A stretch of 64,000 bases of DNA from Gammaproteobacteria bacterium (GCA_009845835.1 VXYV01000037.1:12955-76954), one strand, 5' to 3'; shown: positions 39,401 through 48,328, counted from the stretch's first letter. The notes: a model not told the origin generated them from the sequence alone. Program-made: numbers and translations.

Positions 39401-40701
39401 TCTTCCGAAACCGTTACTCCTGGTAATCGTTCCTGTTCCGGGTCGTGGAAGGTCAGTAGACGAAATTCACCGTCGACTTTTACTCGCCCCGGCAGATATT
39501 TTGAAATTAACGGTTCGGTGTCCACGGCATCGAGATAAAAAGTGTCTTCAGCAATGAACGACTCCCCTGCAAAATTTAACCATAATTCGCGTTCGACGTA
39601 GTAGTCCGTCGGACGGGGGTTAACGTCGCCCCGTTGTCCTTCCGTGAACACTAAATCTGCATCAGCCGAAAGAACAAAGCCGGTTTTTTTATCCAGTCTG
39701 TATGCGATTCGCACCGGAATATCGATTTGGTCAAGATTGGTTCGTGGTGGTCCTGCCATACTAATTACTCGAATTGCTGGATTAGGTTCTACCATCCAGA
39801 CCTCTTCGGCAGGCCAATCTTCAGAAATTTGTTGATAACTGAAACGGTTGAACTGTTCAACTGCACGGGCCTCGATCTGTACCCAATTGTTACCAACTTC
39901 GACGGCTAAGGTTACATTTCCCGATTCATCAAGAAGTGCTGGTCTACTCGATTCCAAGTGAGTTGCAAGAAACCCCGCGGGTAGTACTTCGCCGAGTGTT
40001 ATAAGGCGAGAACGACCGGTGACAGTCAGTTGAACATAGGTAACAAGCATTTGGGGCACACTATCTTCAAGTGACCGGAAAACGCGAAGTTTTTGCGTGT
40101 CTTTAGCATCAGATTCTTCAGACGGTTCAGCTGGTTTTTCCAACACTTGTGTGAGCCATAGTTTTGTTCCATGATTAGTCAGGACAGGCTGTACGATAGG
40201 CTCACCATCAATGCGAAAATTCACGATACCCGCACCGGGTAAATCGACGTATTCCAATGTGAATTCTGGATCCCAAGTTAGCTCTAAAGTTACGATGTGA
40301 ACGCCTTTGGTTAGAAATACCATCGGTTGGTTGTTACCGCCCATCACCGGTACTCTGTTACCATCAGCAAGGACGTTTCGCGGTTTAATCGAAGCTGCTA
40401 CGGGTAATGACACCTGCGTGTCCGCGAAAGCGTCCACATTCATACGAATTTGGAGTATCGGGCTGGAACTGGTTTGGAGATGTATGTCGATTTCGCGAAT
40501 CCAACCACAGTCCAAGCGAGTCCCGTTATCGAACGTCTGTGGGCAACTAATCTGCGGGTTTTGTTCTAATACCCAGTCCACCCATGGTTTGAGTACTTCT
40601 GGGACATAAACATCTTGTGTAATATCCTGTGCGTGTGCTACATATGCGCACAAGAATACACAAGCAAATAATTGCAACTTTATAAATAAATTTGTCTTCA
40701 T
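36493..40701 (-). CDS. Giant envelope protein of unknown function (internally duplicated module)
   Basis: 1402 aa. It has a signal peptide (FACVFLCAYVAHAQD), a beta-rich region of about 450 aa, a TM bundle, a Thr/Gly/Asp-rich spacer, a second signal-like helix, a second beta-rich region and a C-terminal TM bundle. Confidence 0.8.
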   Translation of the reverse strand: MKTNLFIKLQLFACVFLCAYVAHAQDITQDVYVPEVLKPWVDWVLEQNPQISCPQTFDNGTRLDCGWIREIDIHLQTSSSPILQIRMNVDAFADTQVSLPVAASIKPRNVLADGNRVPVMGGNNQPMVFLTKGVHIVTLELTWDPEFTLEYVDLPGAGIVNFRIDGEPIVQPVLTNHGTKLWLTQVLEKPAEPSEESDAKDTQKLRVFRSLEDSVPQMLVTYVQLTVTGRSRLITLGEVLPAGFLATHLESSRPALLDESGNVTLAVEVGNNWVQIEARAVEQFNRFSYQQISEDWPAEEVWMVEPNPAIRVISMAGPPRTNLDQIDIPVRIAYRLDKKTGFVLSADADLVFTEGQRGDVNPRPTDYYVERELWLNFAGESFIAEDTFYLDAVDTEPLISKYLPGRVKVDGEFRLLTFHDPEQERLPGVTVSEDISEIEAVTQFKKSNSIPAIGWDIEAQGLNMTMHLPPGWLMLWSQGSDQVKNSWVSHWSIASIFLALLLLILVFRLGGTLWTTVLAVTILLSFPYSFEPMIGWIGLASLGLLLRFVRSNHLQKILRICYGVVLIVVSLMTIYTATFLARDALYPQLGQEQNYNYSLIDTVSVELQRRLPKPDRLVVATGSRLPEGGSTANMVIYEAEDSAATGATTIDDFFRKIPQQFSSTNPQTAYIGDTGDDLTGDTSSTQTRPTNTRAVNVQTGPGTPFWRHNSVQFDWDGSVSTNQNLNFVLLPPWVSRTAIGIGAILMAVVSIFFLLVQVPQTVAQLPNLIKRVVRIVPCLLLVGLMLNTANDLHAEIPDSDLLEDLEDRLLDAMECEGDCAYMEQATVTTNDDQMTMVLRIHTLNRVAVPLPTSEDTWHLKEISLDEVDLPLLRKRTHLYTVLDKGVHDVTVIANISNLYRLDFRFPLLPSYIYLNTEGWQVEGINQNQLQQQSFSLRKTVRDTDDDDETNSLMKSRQFIYPYVSVTRKIYLEYEPRMETVVERIAPETGEFTVRIPLLPNEAVLEHSDLMEIREMVINFAGWQSSFRWESLFNAQMDLQLRAPDLTERSEVWSIRTSEFWLLDFAGITPIQSDNRLTIFVPLSGETLDLKFSQPSRVPGTTLTVERAHLAMGVKERTTETTLYLSVQATQASEFSISIPENAIIKDILANNDQQPIPPSSTILLPISNGLGRYQIEWETASGVDILEKSPTITLNQQALNMSYTVSVPRNRWVIWTGGLAQNPDVLTWLTAAGLIVLGLCLVRVPNIGMSVVEVILLAIGSALTNPWIFFVIGVWKLVVWWRSHNQQDSKYKILFRVIQSIFVLLGVIFGIVVIYLVINVLVDVSSGNMFHNYFSWYVDEVGESLPVVWLLALPQWVYLALIVMWLLWLAVVFVRWARSSWSVVANFEPQAERSPPPLATDS

Positions 40702-40781
40702 ATTGGAACCACCGTCTCCAAGTTAAACGCATGAGGTGACTTAAATTTAACTAGCATTTCATTAGATTGTAGGAATATTGC

Positions 40782-41789
40782 TCATGTCGTAATATTTAGC
40801 TGTTGCAGAATCCAAGTAGACAAAAAGCTAATCCAGTTCTTGTCGGAATTCAAACAAGGAATCAATTGGAACGATTTACCACCATTTATCATAAACGTGT
40901 TCTTTCCTTGAATTCCGATTTCTTCGAGTGTTTCGAGGTTGTCAGCGGTGAATCCGGGACAAACAACCGCAAGATTCTTGACATTTTTTTGTGCCAATCT
41001 TTTAAGGCTAAATTCGGTTGTTGGCTTGAGCCACTTAGCACGTCCTAAACGAGACTGAAAGCTAATCGAGTAGGGTAGTCCGAGCGACTCGCCGAGTAAT
41101 TTCGCAGTATGAAGACATTGATGCCGATAACAGGTTGAATGTGCAATCGACCCTATTTCACAGCAGTTTGAATCGATAAGGCAATGCTTGTTTGTTGGGT
41201 CGGCGTTCTTAATATGCGACTCGGGTAAACTATGAAAACTTATTAGTAAATGATCGATAGGATTCCGTAGATGTTCTTTCGTATGGTTTACCAACACGTT
41301 GAGATAGTTTGTGTCATTGTAAAAGGGTGGGGCAACGATCAGTTGCTTGTTTTCAATCAATTGTTCTGTATATCTGATCGACGTCGTTCTCGTGGAATCC
41401 GCATGTTGCGGATATTGCAATGCGAGGAAGATTGTTTGGTAATCCTGTAGTTGTTGAATCGCGGCATGTATCGATGGTTCCCCATATCTCATTGCGGGCA
41501 GGGTTTTGATTCCCGTAGTCTCTTCAACTTGGGCTGCAACCTGACAGGTAATCGTTCTTAATGGACCTCCATCTGTGTTCCAGATGGAACGGTAAGCTTC
41601 GGCGGAGCGGTACTTTCTGAACGGAGTAATACAAGCTTTGACCAGCGGGTATCGTATCCAAGTGGATAGATTGATTACATAGGGATCCGTAAGAAACTCG
41701 TTGAGATATTTTCCAACATCATTTGGTTTCGGGGATTTAGGAGAACCAAGATTGACGACAACTATGCTTACTGACGATTTTTGCATCAA
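40782..41789 (-). CDS. hemH: Ferrochelatase
   Basis: 335 aa containing VVNLGSP..P, LLISFHSLPE and the C-terminal LETLEEI motif. Confidence 0.9.
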   Translation of the reverse strand: MMQKSSVSIVVVNLGSPKSPKPNDVGKYLNEFLTDPYVINLSTWIRYPLVKACITPFRKYRSAEAYRSIWNTDGGPLRTITCQVAAQVEETTGIKTLPAMRYGEPSIHAAIQQLQDYQTIFLALQYPQHADSTRTTSIRYTEQLIENKQLIVAPPFYNDTNYLNVLVNHTKEHLRNPIDHLLISFHSLPESHIKNADPTNKHCLIDSNCCEIGSIAHSTCYRHQCLHTAKLLGESLGLPYSISFQSRLGRAKWLKPTTEFSLKRLAQKNVKNLAVVCPGFTADNLETLEEIGIQGKNTFMINGGKSFQLIPCLNSDKNWISFLSTWILQQLNITT

Positions 41790-41842
41790 GATTACGTTTT
41801 AACTGTTATGAATATTATCAAAAGTTCACACACACTATAAGA

Positions 41843-41848
41843 AAGGAG
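41843..41848 (+). promoter_or_regulatory. Shine-Dalgarno AAGGAG for the quinone oxidoreductase gene
   Basis: AAGGAG lies 9 nt upstream of CTG 41858, which begins the conserved (M)KAVV N-terminus. Confidence 0.55.
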
Positions 41849-41857
41849 ATTGATAAA

Positions 41858-42826
41858 CTGAAAGCTGTTGTTCAAAAAAATCAAATACTAGTATGGGATG
41901 AAGTACCAGATTTAATTCCAGATCGAGGTGAAGTCCTGATCAAGATAAAGGCTAGTGCAGTTAATCGGGCAGACTTAGCGCAACGACAAGGCCGGTACCC
42001 ACCTCCACAAGGAGTTACGGAGGTTATGGGGCTTGAGTGTAGTGGTATTGTCGCAGGTGTTGGTCGGGGAGTAGGCAGGTTCAAGATTGGTGATCAGGTT
42101 TGTGCACTTTTGGCTGGTGGAGGATATTCCGAATACGTTACCGTTGCTGCTGGACAGGTAGTATCCATTCCTGCGAATCTTTCTTTCGAACAAGCTGCTT
42201 GCTTACCAGAAGTTTTTGCAACGGCTTATTTAAATCTTTATCTGGAAGCAAAGACACTTCCAGGGGAAACGGTTTTACTTCACGCAGGTGCTAGCGGTGT
42301 TGGGACCGCAGGGATTCAACTTTGCCGTGTACTACAAAACCGGTGTTTCGTTACGGTGGGTGATCGACAGAAGCTTGCGAAATGTAAGGAATTAGGTGCG
42401 TGTGAAGGTTGGATTCGAACTGATTCTAACTTTGCTGAAGAAGTAATGAAGTGCACGAAAGGTAGAGGAGTTGATGTGATTCTAGATCCTGTTGGTGGTT
42501 CCTATTTGGAGCAAAATTTAAGCTGCCTTGCAACGGATGGTCGTTTAGTTCTCATAGGGGTAATGGGAGGAGCTGAAGCCAACCTTCATATCCGACAATT
42601 AATGGTAAAACGACAAAGGATTATCGGGTCGACATTGCGCGCTCGATCTATCGCTAGTAAATCGCAGGTGATGGATGAACTCAGTTCGCGCATCTGGCCC
42701 TACGTCAAAAGAGGGGAAATAGTCCCCATCATTCACCGAGTTTATCCTATTCAACAGGTAGATGAAGCACACCAAGAAGTCGCTTCCAACAAAACCATTG
42801 GTAAAGTAGTCTTGCAGGTCAACTAA
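41858..42826 (+). CDS. NAD(P)H:quinone oxidoreductase (zeta-crystallin/PIG3-type MDR)
   Basis: The track starts at Met 42026. However, the frame is open and homologous from 41858: (L)KAVVQKNQILVWDEVPDLIPDRGEVLIKIKASAVNRADLAQRQGRYPPP..GLECSG. The Rossmann motif is GASGVGTAG. No ATG/GTG/TTG occurs in frame upstream. Confidence 0.8.
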   Translation: MKAVVQKNQILVWDEVPDLIPDRGEVLIKIKASAVNRADLAQRQGRYPPPQGVTEVMGLECSGIVAGVGRGVGRFKIGDQVCALLAGGGYSEYVTVAAGQVVSIPANLSFEQAACLPEVFATAYLNLYLEAKTLPGETVLLHAGASGVGTAGIQLCRVLQNRCFVTVGDRQKLAKCKELGACEGWIRTDSNFAEEVMKCTKGRGVDVILDPVGGSYLEQNLSCLATDGRLVLIGVMGGAEANLHIRQLMVKRQRIIGSTLRARSIASKSQVMDELSSRIWPYVKRGEIVPIIHRVYPIQQVDEAHQEVASNKTIGKVVLQVN

Positions 42827-45612
42827 ATTTCTTCAAGCGCGGCGCGAACTACTTGCTCTTGTTGTTCGAGCGATGTTAGCTGGGTAATCAATTCACGCGA
42901 TTTTTGTTGTTGAGCTTCAACTACGGAGTGTGGCGCACGTTGAATGAAATTAGGATTCTCAAGCTTGCCATTCACTCTTTCCAATTCCAGTCGAACACGA
43001 TTCGATTCTTTTGCTAAACGACTGAGTTCATTAGTGATCTCATTGTTATCGAGAAACGGTACGGTCAGTTCCATCCCCTGAACAATTTGAGTCGAACCAT
43101 AAGTGGTAGAATCTAAATTATTGCCCCATTGGATAGTCGATATTTTTGCCATTTTGCAAAGAAGCGGTTTAAAGTTATCTAGCAATTGTTGGTCTTCTTC
43201 TGTTCCGTTTTTTAATAAGACCGTGACTTCTGTTTGGGGCGGTATTCGTCGTTCGCCACGAATCGATCGAACGGTATTTATTACCTCCTTTAACCAATCG
43301 ATACACTTTTCGGCTTGGGTGTCCACAGCAAAATCTTCTGCCTTCGGATACTCAGCAAGCATCACGGTATCGACCGATCGTTCGAGTTTTTCAGCTACTG
43401 TTTTCCAGAGCGATTCGGTAATGTAAGGTATAACCGGGTGAGCCAGCCGCAAAATTGCATCGGAACACTCTAAGAGAACGTGTTGAACGCCGAGGCAAGC
43501 TTCGTGATCAGATGATGAGTACAGGGTTGGTTTCGTTAGTTCCAAATACCAATCGCAGAACTCATGCCAAACAAATTCGTAGAGTGCTTGTGCATATAAA
43601 TCAAACCGATAGGAATTGAGATGTTTATGGCAAGCTTGAACGAGTCGATGTAACCGCGAGCGAATCCATTTATCGATAGTCGACAGGGTAAACTCGCCAT
43701 TCTGATTCCAATCCTGTGTATTCGTTTCGACATACCGTAAGCTGTTCCAAAGTTTGTTACAGAAGTAGTGGTATCCTTCAACCCTGGCTATGTCAAAGTT
43801 GTAGCTGCTGCTCGGGGAGGCCATCGCACATAAAGTAAAGCGTAAAGCATCGGTTCCGTAAGCTTGGATACCTTTTGGGTACTCGCGACGGGTAGTTTTC
43901 TCGATTCGTTTAGCTATGCTAGCTTGCGGTAAATTACTAGTCCGTTTGCTGACTAGTTCGTCGAGTGAAATACCATCGACAAGGTCAAGAGGGTCAATGC
44001 CGTTACCTTTGGTTTTGGACATTTTTTGACCTTCGGCATCGCGAATCAATCCGGTAATGTACACATGCGAAAATGGCACTTTGTTTGTGAAGTGCTTGGT
44101 CAGCATGATCATGCGAGCGACCCAGAAAAAGATGATGTCATGGCCGGTTACAAGGACATCGGTTGGGTGATATCGTTTGAAGTCGTCAGTGATTTCTGGC
44201 CATCCTAGAGTACCGAATGTCCACAAGGCGCTAGAAAACCACGTTTCAAGAACATCAGGATCTTGCGTCAAGTCTAAATCATTGGCGAGTTCATATTTGT
44301 TGCGCACTTCACTTTCATTTCTACCGACGTAGATGTTCCCATCGGGATCGTACCAAGCAGGAATTCGATGACCCCACCAAAGTTGTCTACTGATACACCA
44401 ATCCTTGAGGTCGTGCATCCAACTAAAAAAGACATTTTCCCAACGTTTTGGAAAAAATCTAACTTCTTCAGACTCTACTGCTTTGATCGCTGGAGTTGCT
44501 AGTTTTTTGATGTCAACAAACCATTGATCGGTGAGTAATGGCTCGACTACGACTCCAGACCGTTCCCCACGAGGGATTTGCACTTCATAAGATTCGGTAC
44601 CTTCTAATAAATCCAGTGATTTCAAAGTAGAAACAACTTTGTCTCGTGCCTGAAAACGGTCTAGTCCTCGGAATTCAGCGGGTACATTGTCATTCATATT
44701 GCCCGCAAAGTCGATTACCGTAATTGCAGGCAGATCATGTCTCAGACCAATTTCGTAGTCGTCAAAGTCGTGTGCTGGCGTGATCTTAAGACACCCGGTC
44801 CCAAACTCGGGGTCGACATGGTGATCGGCGATGACCGGAATTTTGCGATTTGCTAACGGTAGGCTTACATACTGACCGACGAGATGCTTGTACCTGGAGT
44901 CGTCTGGATGAACCGCAACAGCTGTATCACCAAGCATAGTTTCTGGACGAGTAGTTGCGACCACTACATACTCATTTGAGTCTTCAGTAGCTAAAGGGTA
45001 CTGTAGACTCCATAGATTTCCCTGTTCGGGTTCGCTAAGAACTTCTAGATCGGAAAGCGCAGTCTGGAATTTCGGATCCCAATTGACTAATCGTTTGCCA
45101 CGATAGATCAAACCTTCTTCGTACAAACGTACAAAAACTTCAATCACTGCGGTGGAAAACCCTTCATCCATCGTAAATCGTTCACGTTGCCAATCTACGG
45201 ATGTGCCGAGGCGTCGCATCTGATAAGTAATGTCACCGCCAGACTGTTCACGCCATTTCCAAACACGTTCGACAAATTTCTCGCGCCCTAGTTCGTGTAA
45301 CGACACACCTTCTTGCTTCAATTGTTCCGTGACTACCATTTGTGTAGAGATACCAGCGTGGTCAGTTCCGGTTTGCCATAAAGTATCAAACCCGGACATA
45401 CGCTTATAGCGAATAAGAGTGTCCATGAGTGTTTGTTGAAACGCGTGCCCCAGATGTAAAGTCCCGGTAATGTTGGGAGGTGGAATAGCAATCGAATAGG
45501 GTGTGCCACCAGCGCGCGGCGAAAAATACCCTTTAGACTCCCAATGCTGGTAAAGCTCAGTTTCAATTTGCTTGGGTGCAAACGATTTGGCTAGTTGTTT
45601 GTTAGTTGTCAT
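42823..45612 (-). CDS. valS: Valine--tRNA ligase
   Basis: 929 aa with PPPNITGTLHLGHAF and KMSKTKGN. It has a C-terminal coiled coil. Confidence 0.97.
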   Translation of the reverse strand: MTTNKQLAKSFAPKQIETELYQHWESKGYFSPRAGGTPYSIAIPPPNITGTLHLGHAFQQTLMDTLIRYKRMSGFDTLWQTGTDHAGISTQMVVTEQLKQEGVSLHELGREKFVERVWKWREQSGGDITYQMRRLGTSVDWQRERFTMDEGFSTAVIEVFVRLYEEGLIYRGKRLVNWDPKFQTALSDLEVLSEPEQGNLWSLQYPLATEDSNEYVVVATTRPETMLGDTAVAVHPDDSRYKHLVGQYVSLPLANRKIPVIADHHVDPEFGTGCLKITPAHDFDDYEIGLRHDLPAITVIDFAGNMNDNVPAEFRGLDRFQARDKVVSTLKSLDLLEGTESYEVQIPRGERSGVVVEPLLTDQWFVDIKKLATPAIKAVESEEVRFFPKRWENVFFSWMHDLKDWCISRQLWWGHRIPAWYDPDGNIYVGRNESEVRNKYELANDLDLTQDPDVLETWFSSALWTFGTLGWPEITDDFKRYHPTDVLVTGHDIIFFWVARMIMLTKHFTNKVPFSHVYITGLIRDAEGQKMSKTKGNGIDPLDLVDGISLDELVSKRTSNLPQASIAKRIEKTTRREYPKGIQAYGTDALRFTLCAMASPSSSYNFDIARVEGYHYFCNKLWNSLRYVETNTQDWNQNGEFTLSTIDKWIRSRLHRLVQACHKHLNSYRFDLYAQALYEFVWHEFCDWYLELTKPTLYSSSDHEACLGVQHVLLECSDAILRLAHPVIPYITESLWKTVAEKLERSVDTVMLAEYPKAEDFAVDTQAEKCIDWLKEVINTVRSIRGERRIPPQTEVTVLLKNGTEEDQQLLDNFKPLLCKMAKISTIQWGNNLDSTTYGSTQIVQGMELTVPFLDNNEITNELSRLAKESNRVRLELERVNGKLENPNFIQRAPHSVVEAQQQKSRELITQLTSLEQQEQVVRAALEEI

Positions 45613-45640
45613 GTATTATCGAAGTTTTTTGGGTACGACA

Positions 45641-46099
45641 CTATTGAATCAGAGTGGACGTTTCCCAATCATCAACATGTCTATGATGAATTGGTATTTT
45701 TTGTTGTTGGTAAGCTCGAAATTTTTCACGTGCCGCGGTAAGTTGAATGTGTTCGCGAGTCGCAATCTCATAAATCGAAGCAACGGAATTCCTTTCGTCT
45801 AGAATCTTTGATGTCAAGTTTATCAATACATCGGTCTTAGGTATTGTTTTGCAGTTGGAACTGATAGTCACCAAACAGTTAGGTATAGAATGGTTAGCGA
45901 CGCTATGTGGTATAAATCGATGGTCGGGGTACACCCACATTGTATCGTCTATTTGTGTGGACATGTCTTGGTTTTCGGTGAGAATGTGTACGTTTTGCTT
46001 GCCCCGAGTCAATTCTCCGGTCAACAAACATATCAGTCGAACTAGATCCAGATCGGAATTTATGGGTACAGATAGGAAAGTAACAGTAAACTCAGACAT
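45641..46099 (-). CDS. holC: DNA polymerase III chi subunit
   Basis: 152 aa directly upstream of valS, in the conserved holC-valS arrangement. The size and flavodoxin-like start (FTVTFLSVP...) fit. Confidence 0.75.
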   Translation of the reverse strand: MSEFTVTFLSVPINSDLDLVRLICLLTGELTRGKQNVHILTENQDMSTQIDDTMWVYPDHRFIPHSVANHSIPNCLVTISSNCKTIPKTDVLINLTSKILDERNSVASIYEIATREHIQLTAAREKFRAYQQQKIPIHHRHVDDWETSTLIQ

Positions 46100-46199
46100 T
46101 TTTTATTTTCTAGGAAGGGGATGAAGATTGGTTTGACCATGGAATACTTGAACAAATGGTAGGAATTTTCAAAATTGGAGATCCTATCCAAAGTAAAAA

Positions 46200-47276
46200 T
46201 TGTACAAGACCCTTAAATTGACTATTGCATACCGTCATATCGTTAAAGAACTAGGGCTAGTTCTGATCGCTGTTTTTGTCGTGTTGATGATTGTCAGTAT
46301 TGGTGCCCGATTCACAGGTTATATGCAAGAAGCGGCCGCTGGAAAGTTTAGTGCCGACTTACTTTGGACACTAATGATTCTACGACTACCTGAGTTCGTT
46401 CAACTTGCGCTACCATTTTCGTTAGTTCTAGCGATTATCTTATCTTTTGGTCGTTTACATGCAGACCAAGAGTACGTAGTCTTGACGATGGGTGGTACAT
46501 CACCACAAAAAATGATTCTGTGGATTTCAAGTGTGATTGTCCCGGCTGCTTTAGTTGTCGGTTTTTTTAGTTTGATCATTACCCCTACGTCACGTCAGAT
46601 GTTTGTGCAGCAGCTTGCCGATACGGCGGTTACTAACGAATTCGATGCTATTGTGGCAGGAGAATTCAGAAGTTTATCGAATGGGAATCGAACAGTATTT
46701 GTTGAAGCAGTTGATCGCGATAACCGAATACTACATGGGGTTTTTCTTTACGAGATTAGTCCTACTCCGTCGATTGCGTTAGCGAATTCAGCTACCTTTC
46801 TGCTTGATGACGATAGTGGGAAACGTTTTATGCAACTACAAGATGGTGTTCGGTATGAAGGATTGTATGAGAACAACCCGCATTTGGTGATGAGTTTTTC
46901 AGAGTTGTCGATTTTGTTGGATATCGAAGAAGATCTGAGTATTCCGTTGGAAGTCGAGGCGATGGATACGTTGGCGCTTGAACGTTCAGACGCTGTTCAA
47001 TTACAGGAGTTTGATTGGCGTGTATCGCTACCTTTAATGACCTTGATCAGTGGATTGATTGCATTTGGCATATCGCGAACTCGACCACGGTCAGGTCGAT
47101 ATGGACAAGTTGTCCCTGGTTTATTCACGTTCTTAGGGTACTACTTATTACTTGTAATGATACAACAGACGACAACTGATTCAACCATAGCGAGTACACT
47201 GCTAATTTATGGTGCCCATACGATGTTGTTTGGACTAGCTGTGTTTTTGATTCGACATCAGAATCGACCTCAGTAA
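46200..47276 (+). CDS. lptF: LPS export ABC permease LptF
   Basis: A YjgP/YjgQ-family protein with 6 TM helices and a periplasmic beta-jellyroll insert. It is paired with lptG. The start is TTG 46200 or TTG 46218. Confidence 0.88.
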   Translation: MYKTLKLTIAYRHIVKELGLVLIAVFVVLMIVSIGARFTGYMQEAAAGKFSADLLWTLMILRLPEFVQLALPFSLVLAIILSFGRLHADQEYVVLTMGGTSPQKMILWISSVIVPAALVVGFFSLIITPTSRQMFVQQLADTAVTNEFDAIVAGEFRSLSNGNRTVFVEAVDRDNRILHGVFLYEISPTPSIALANSATFLLDDDSGKRFMQLQDGVRYEGLYENNPHLVMSFSELSILLDIEEDLSIPLEVEAMDTLALERSDAVQLQEFDWRVSLPLMTLISGLIAFGISRTRPRSGRYGQVVPGLFTFLGYYLLLVMIQQTTTDSTIASTLLIYGAHTMLFGLAVFLIRHQNRPQ

Positions 47277-48328
47277 TGATTAAACGTTTCGACTTTTACA
47301 TCATCCGAACACTGTTGGTGAGTATGTTTGCCGTAATGTTGTGTTTGTTGTTACTCATGACAATGTTTGGTTTTGTCGATGAGGCGCGAGGGGTCGACGA
47401 AACACGTTCCTTTCTCAGTATTTTGGCGATCGTATTACTTGATGTCCCTTCGTCTTTAGCAGAATCGGTTACTTACATCGTTTTAGTAGGGGTATTGATC
47501 GGCTTAGGTGCAATGAGTCAAAATTCGGAAATCACAGTATTACGTGCTTCTGGCTTGTCGCCTTGGCGATTGTGTATTTCGGTTGCAGCGGCTTCGTTGA
47601 TCTTTTTTAGTGGGGTTGTGTTAGTCAGTGAACTGATGAAAAATCCTGTTCTTTCTCGCCTTTTTTTGCCAGAAGCTGCTAGTCAGAGTGACGAAGGAAC
47701 CTGGTATCGAGAAGGTAAAACGTTCTATCAGATCCGTGCCTTTGACGAAAGTGGAAACCTGTATGGAATGGAACAGTTTACCTTTCAACCAGATAGTACC
47801 TTAGAAAGTATATTACAAGCTGAGATTGGTGTTATTGAACCGGTTAACAAATCGTTTGTCCTAGCGAATGTTACTGAGAAAAACTTCACTTCAGAGAACA
47901 TTCAATTCAGCCGTTCACCAAGTGGTAGTTGGGTACCACATAGTGATCCATCGTCGCTGAAGAGGCGGATACTTACCGATCCGTCACAACTTTCATTAAA
48001 TGATTTATTTGATCAAATTGAGTATTTGCATAACGAAGGCAAAAGTACTCGACTACTAGAAATTACAGCTTGGACTCGTTTGACGAAATCGTTGTCAATT
48101 ATTGGTCTCGTGCTCGTCGCAGTAGGATTCGTGATTGGTCCCCTACGTGAAACTGGTATGGGGACACGCATAGCAGTAGGATTGGGTGTGGGTATTGTGC
48201 TTGAATATCTCAACCGAATGCTCGTTCCGTTAGCGTTGCTCTATGAGATCCCGCCTGTGGTGGTTGTACTACTTCCGCTTTTTATCATTTTTACCTGTGG
48301 CATTTACCTGTTGCGGAAGGTCAATTGA
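47276..48328 (+). CDS. lptG: LPS export ABC permease LptG
   Basis: The N-terminus MIKRFDFYIIRTLL is YjgP/YjgQ family. It has a TAATG-type junction with lptF. Confidence 0.9.
   Translation: MIKRFDFYIIRTLLVSMFAVMLCLLLLMTMFGFVDEARGVDETRSFLSILAIVLLDVPSSLAESVTYIVLVGVLIGLGAMSQNSEITVLRASGLSPWRLCISVAAASLIFFSGVVLVSELMKNPVLSRLFLPEAASQSDEGTWYREGKTFYQIRAFDESGNLYGMEQFTFQPDSTLESILQAEIGVIEPVNKSFVLANVTEKNFTSENIQFSRSPSGSWVPHSDPSSLKRRILTDPSQLSLNDLFDQIEYLHNEGKSTRLLEITAWTRLTKSLSIIGLVLVAVGFVIGPLRETGMGTRIAVGLGVGIVLEYLNRMLVPLALLYEIPPVVVVLLPLFIIFTCGIYLLRKVN

Noticed and set aside
41881-42193. Two minus-strand ORFs (67 and 72 aa) between hemH and the track's qor start
   Set aside because: They are antisense to the conserved N-terminal part of the quinone oxidoreductase, whose real start is near 41858.
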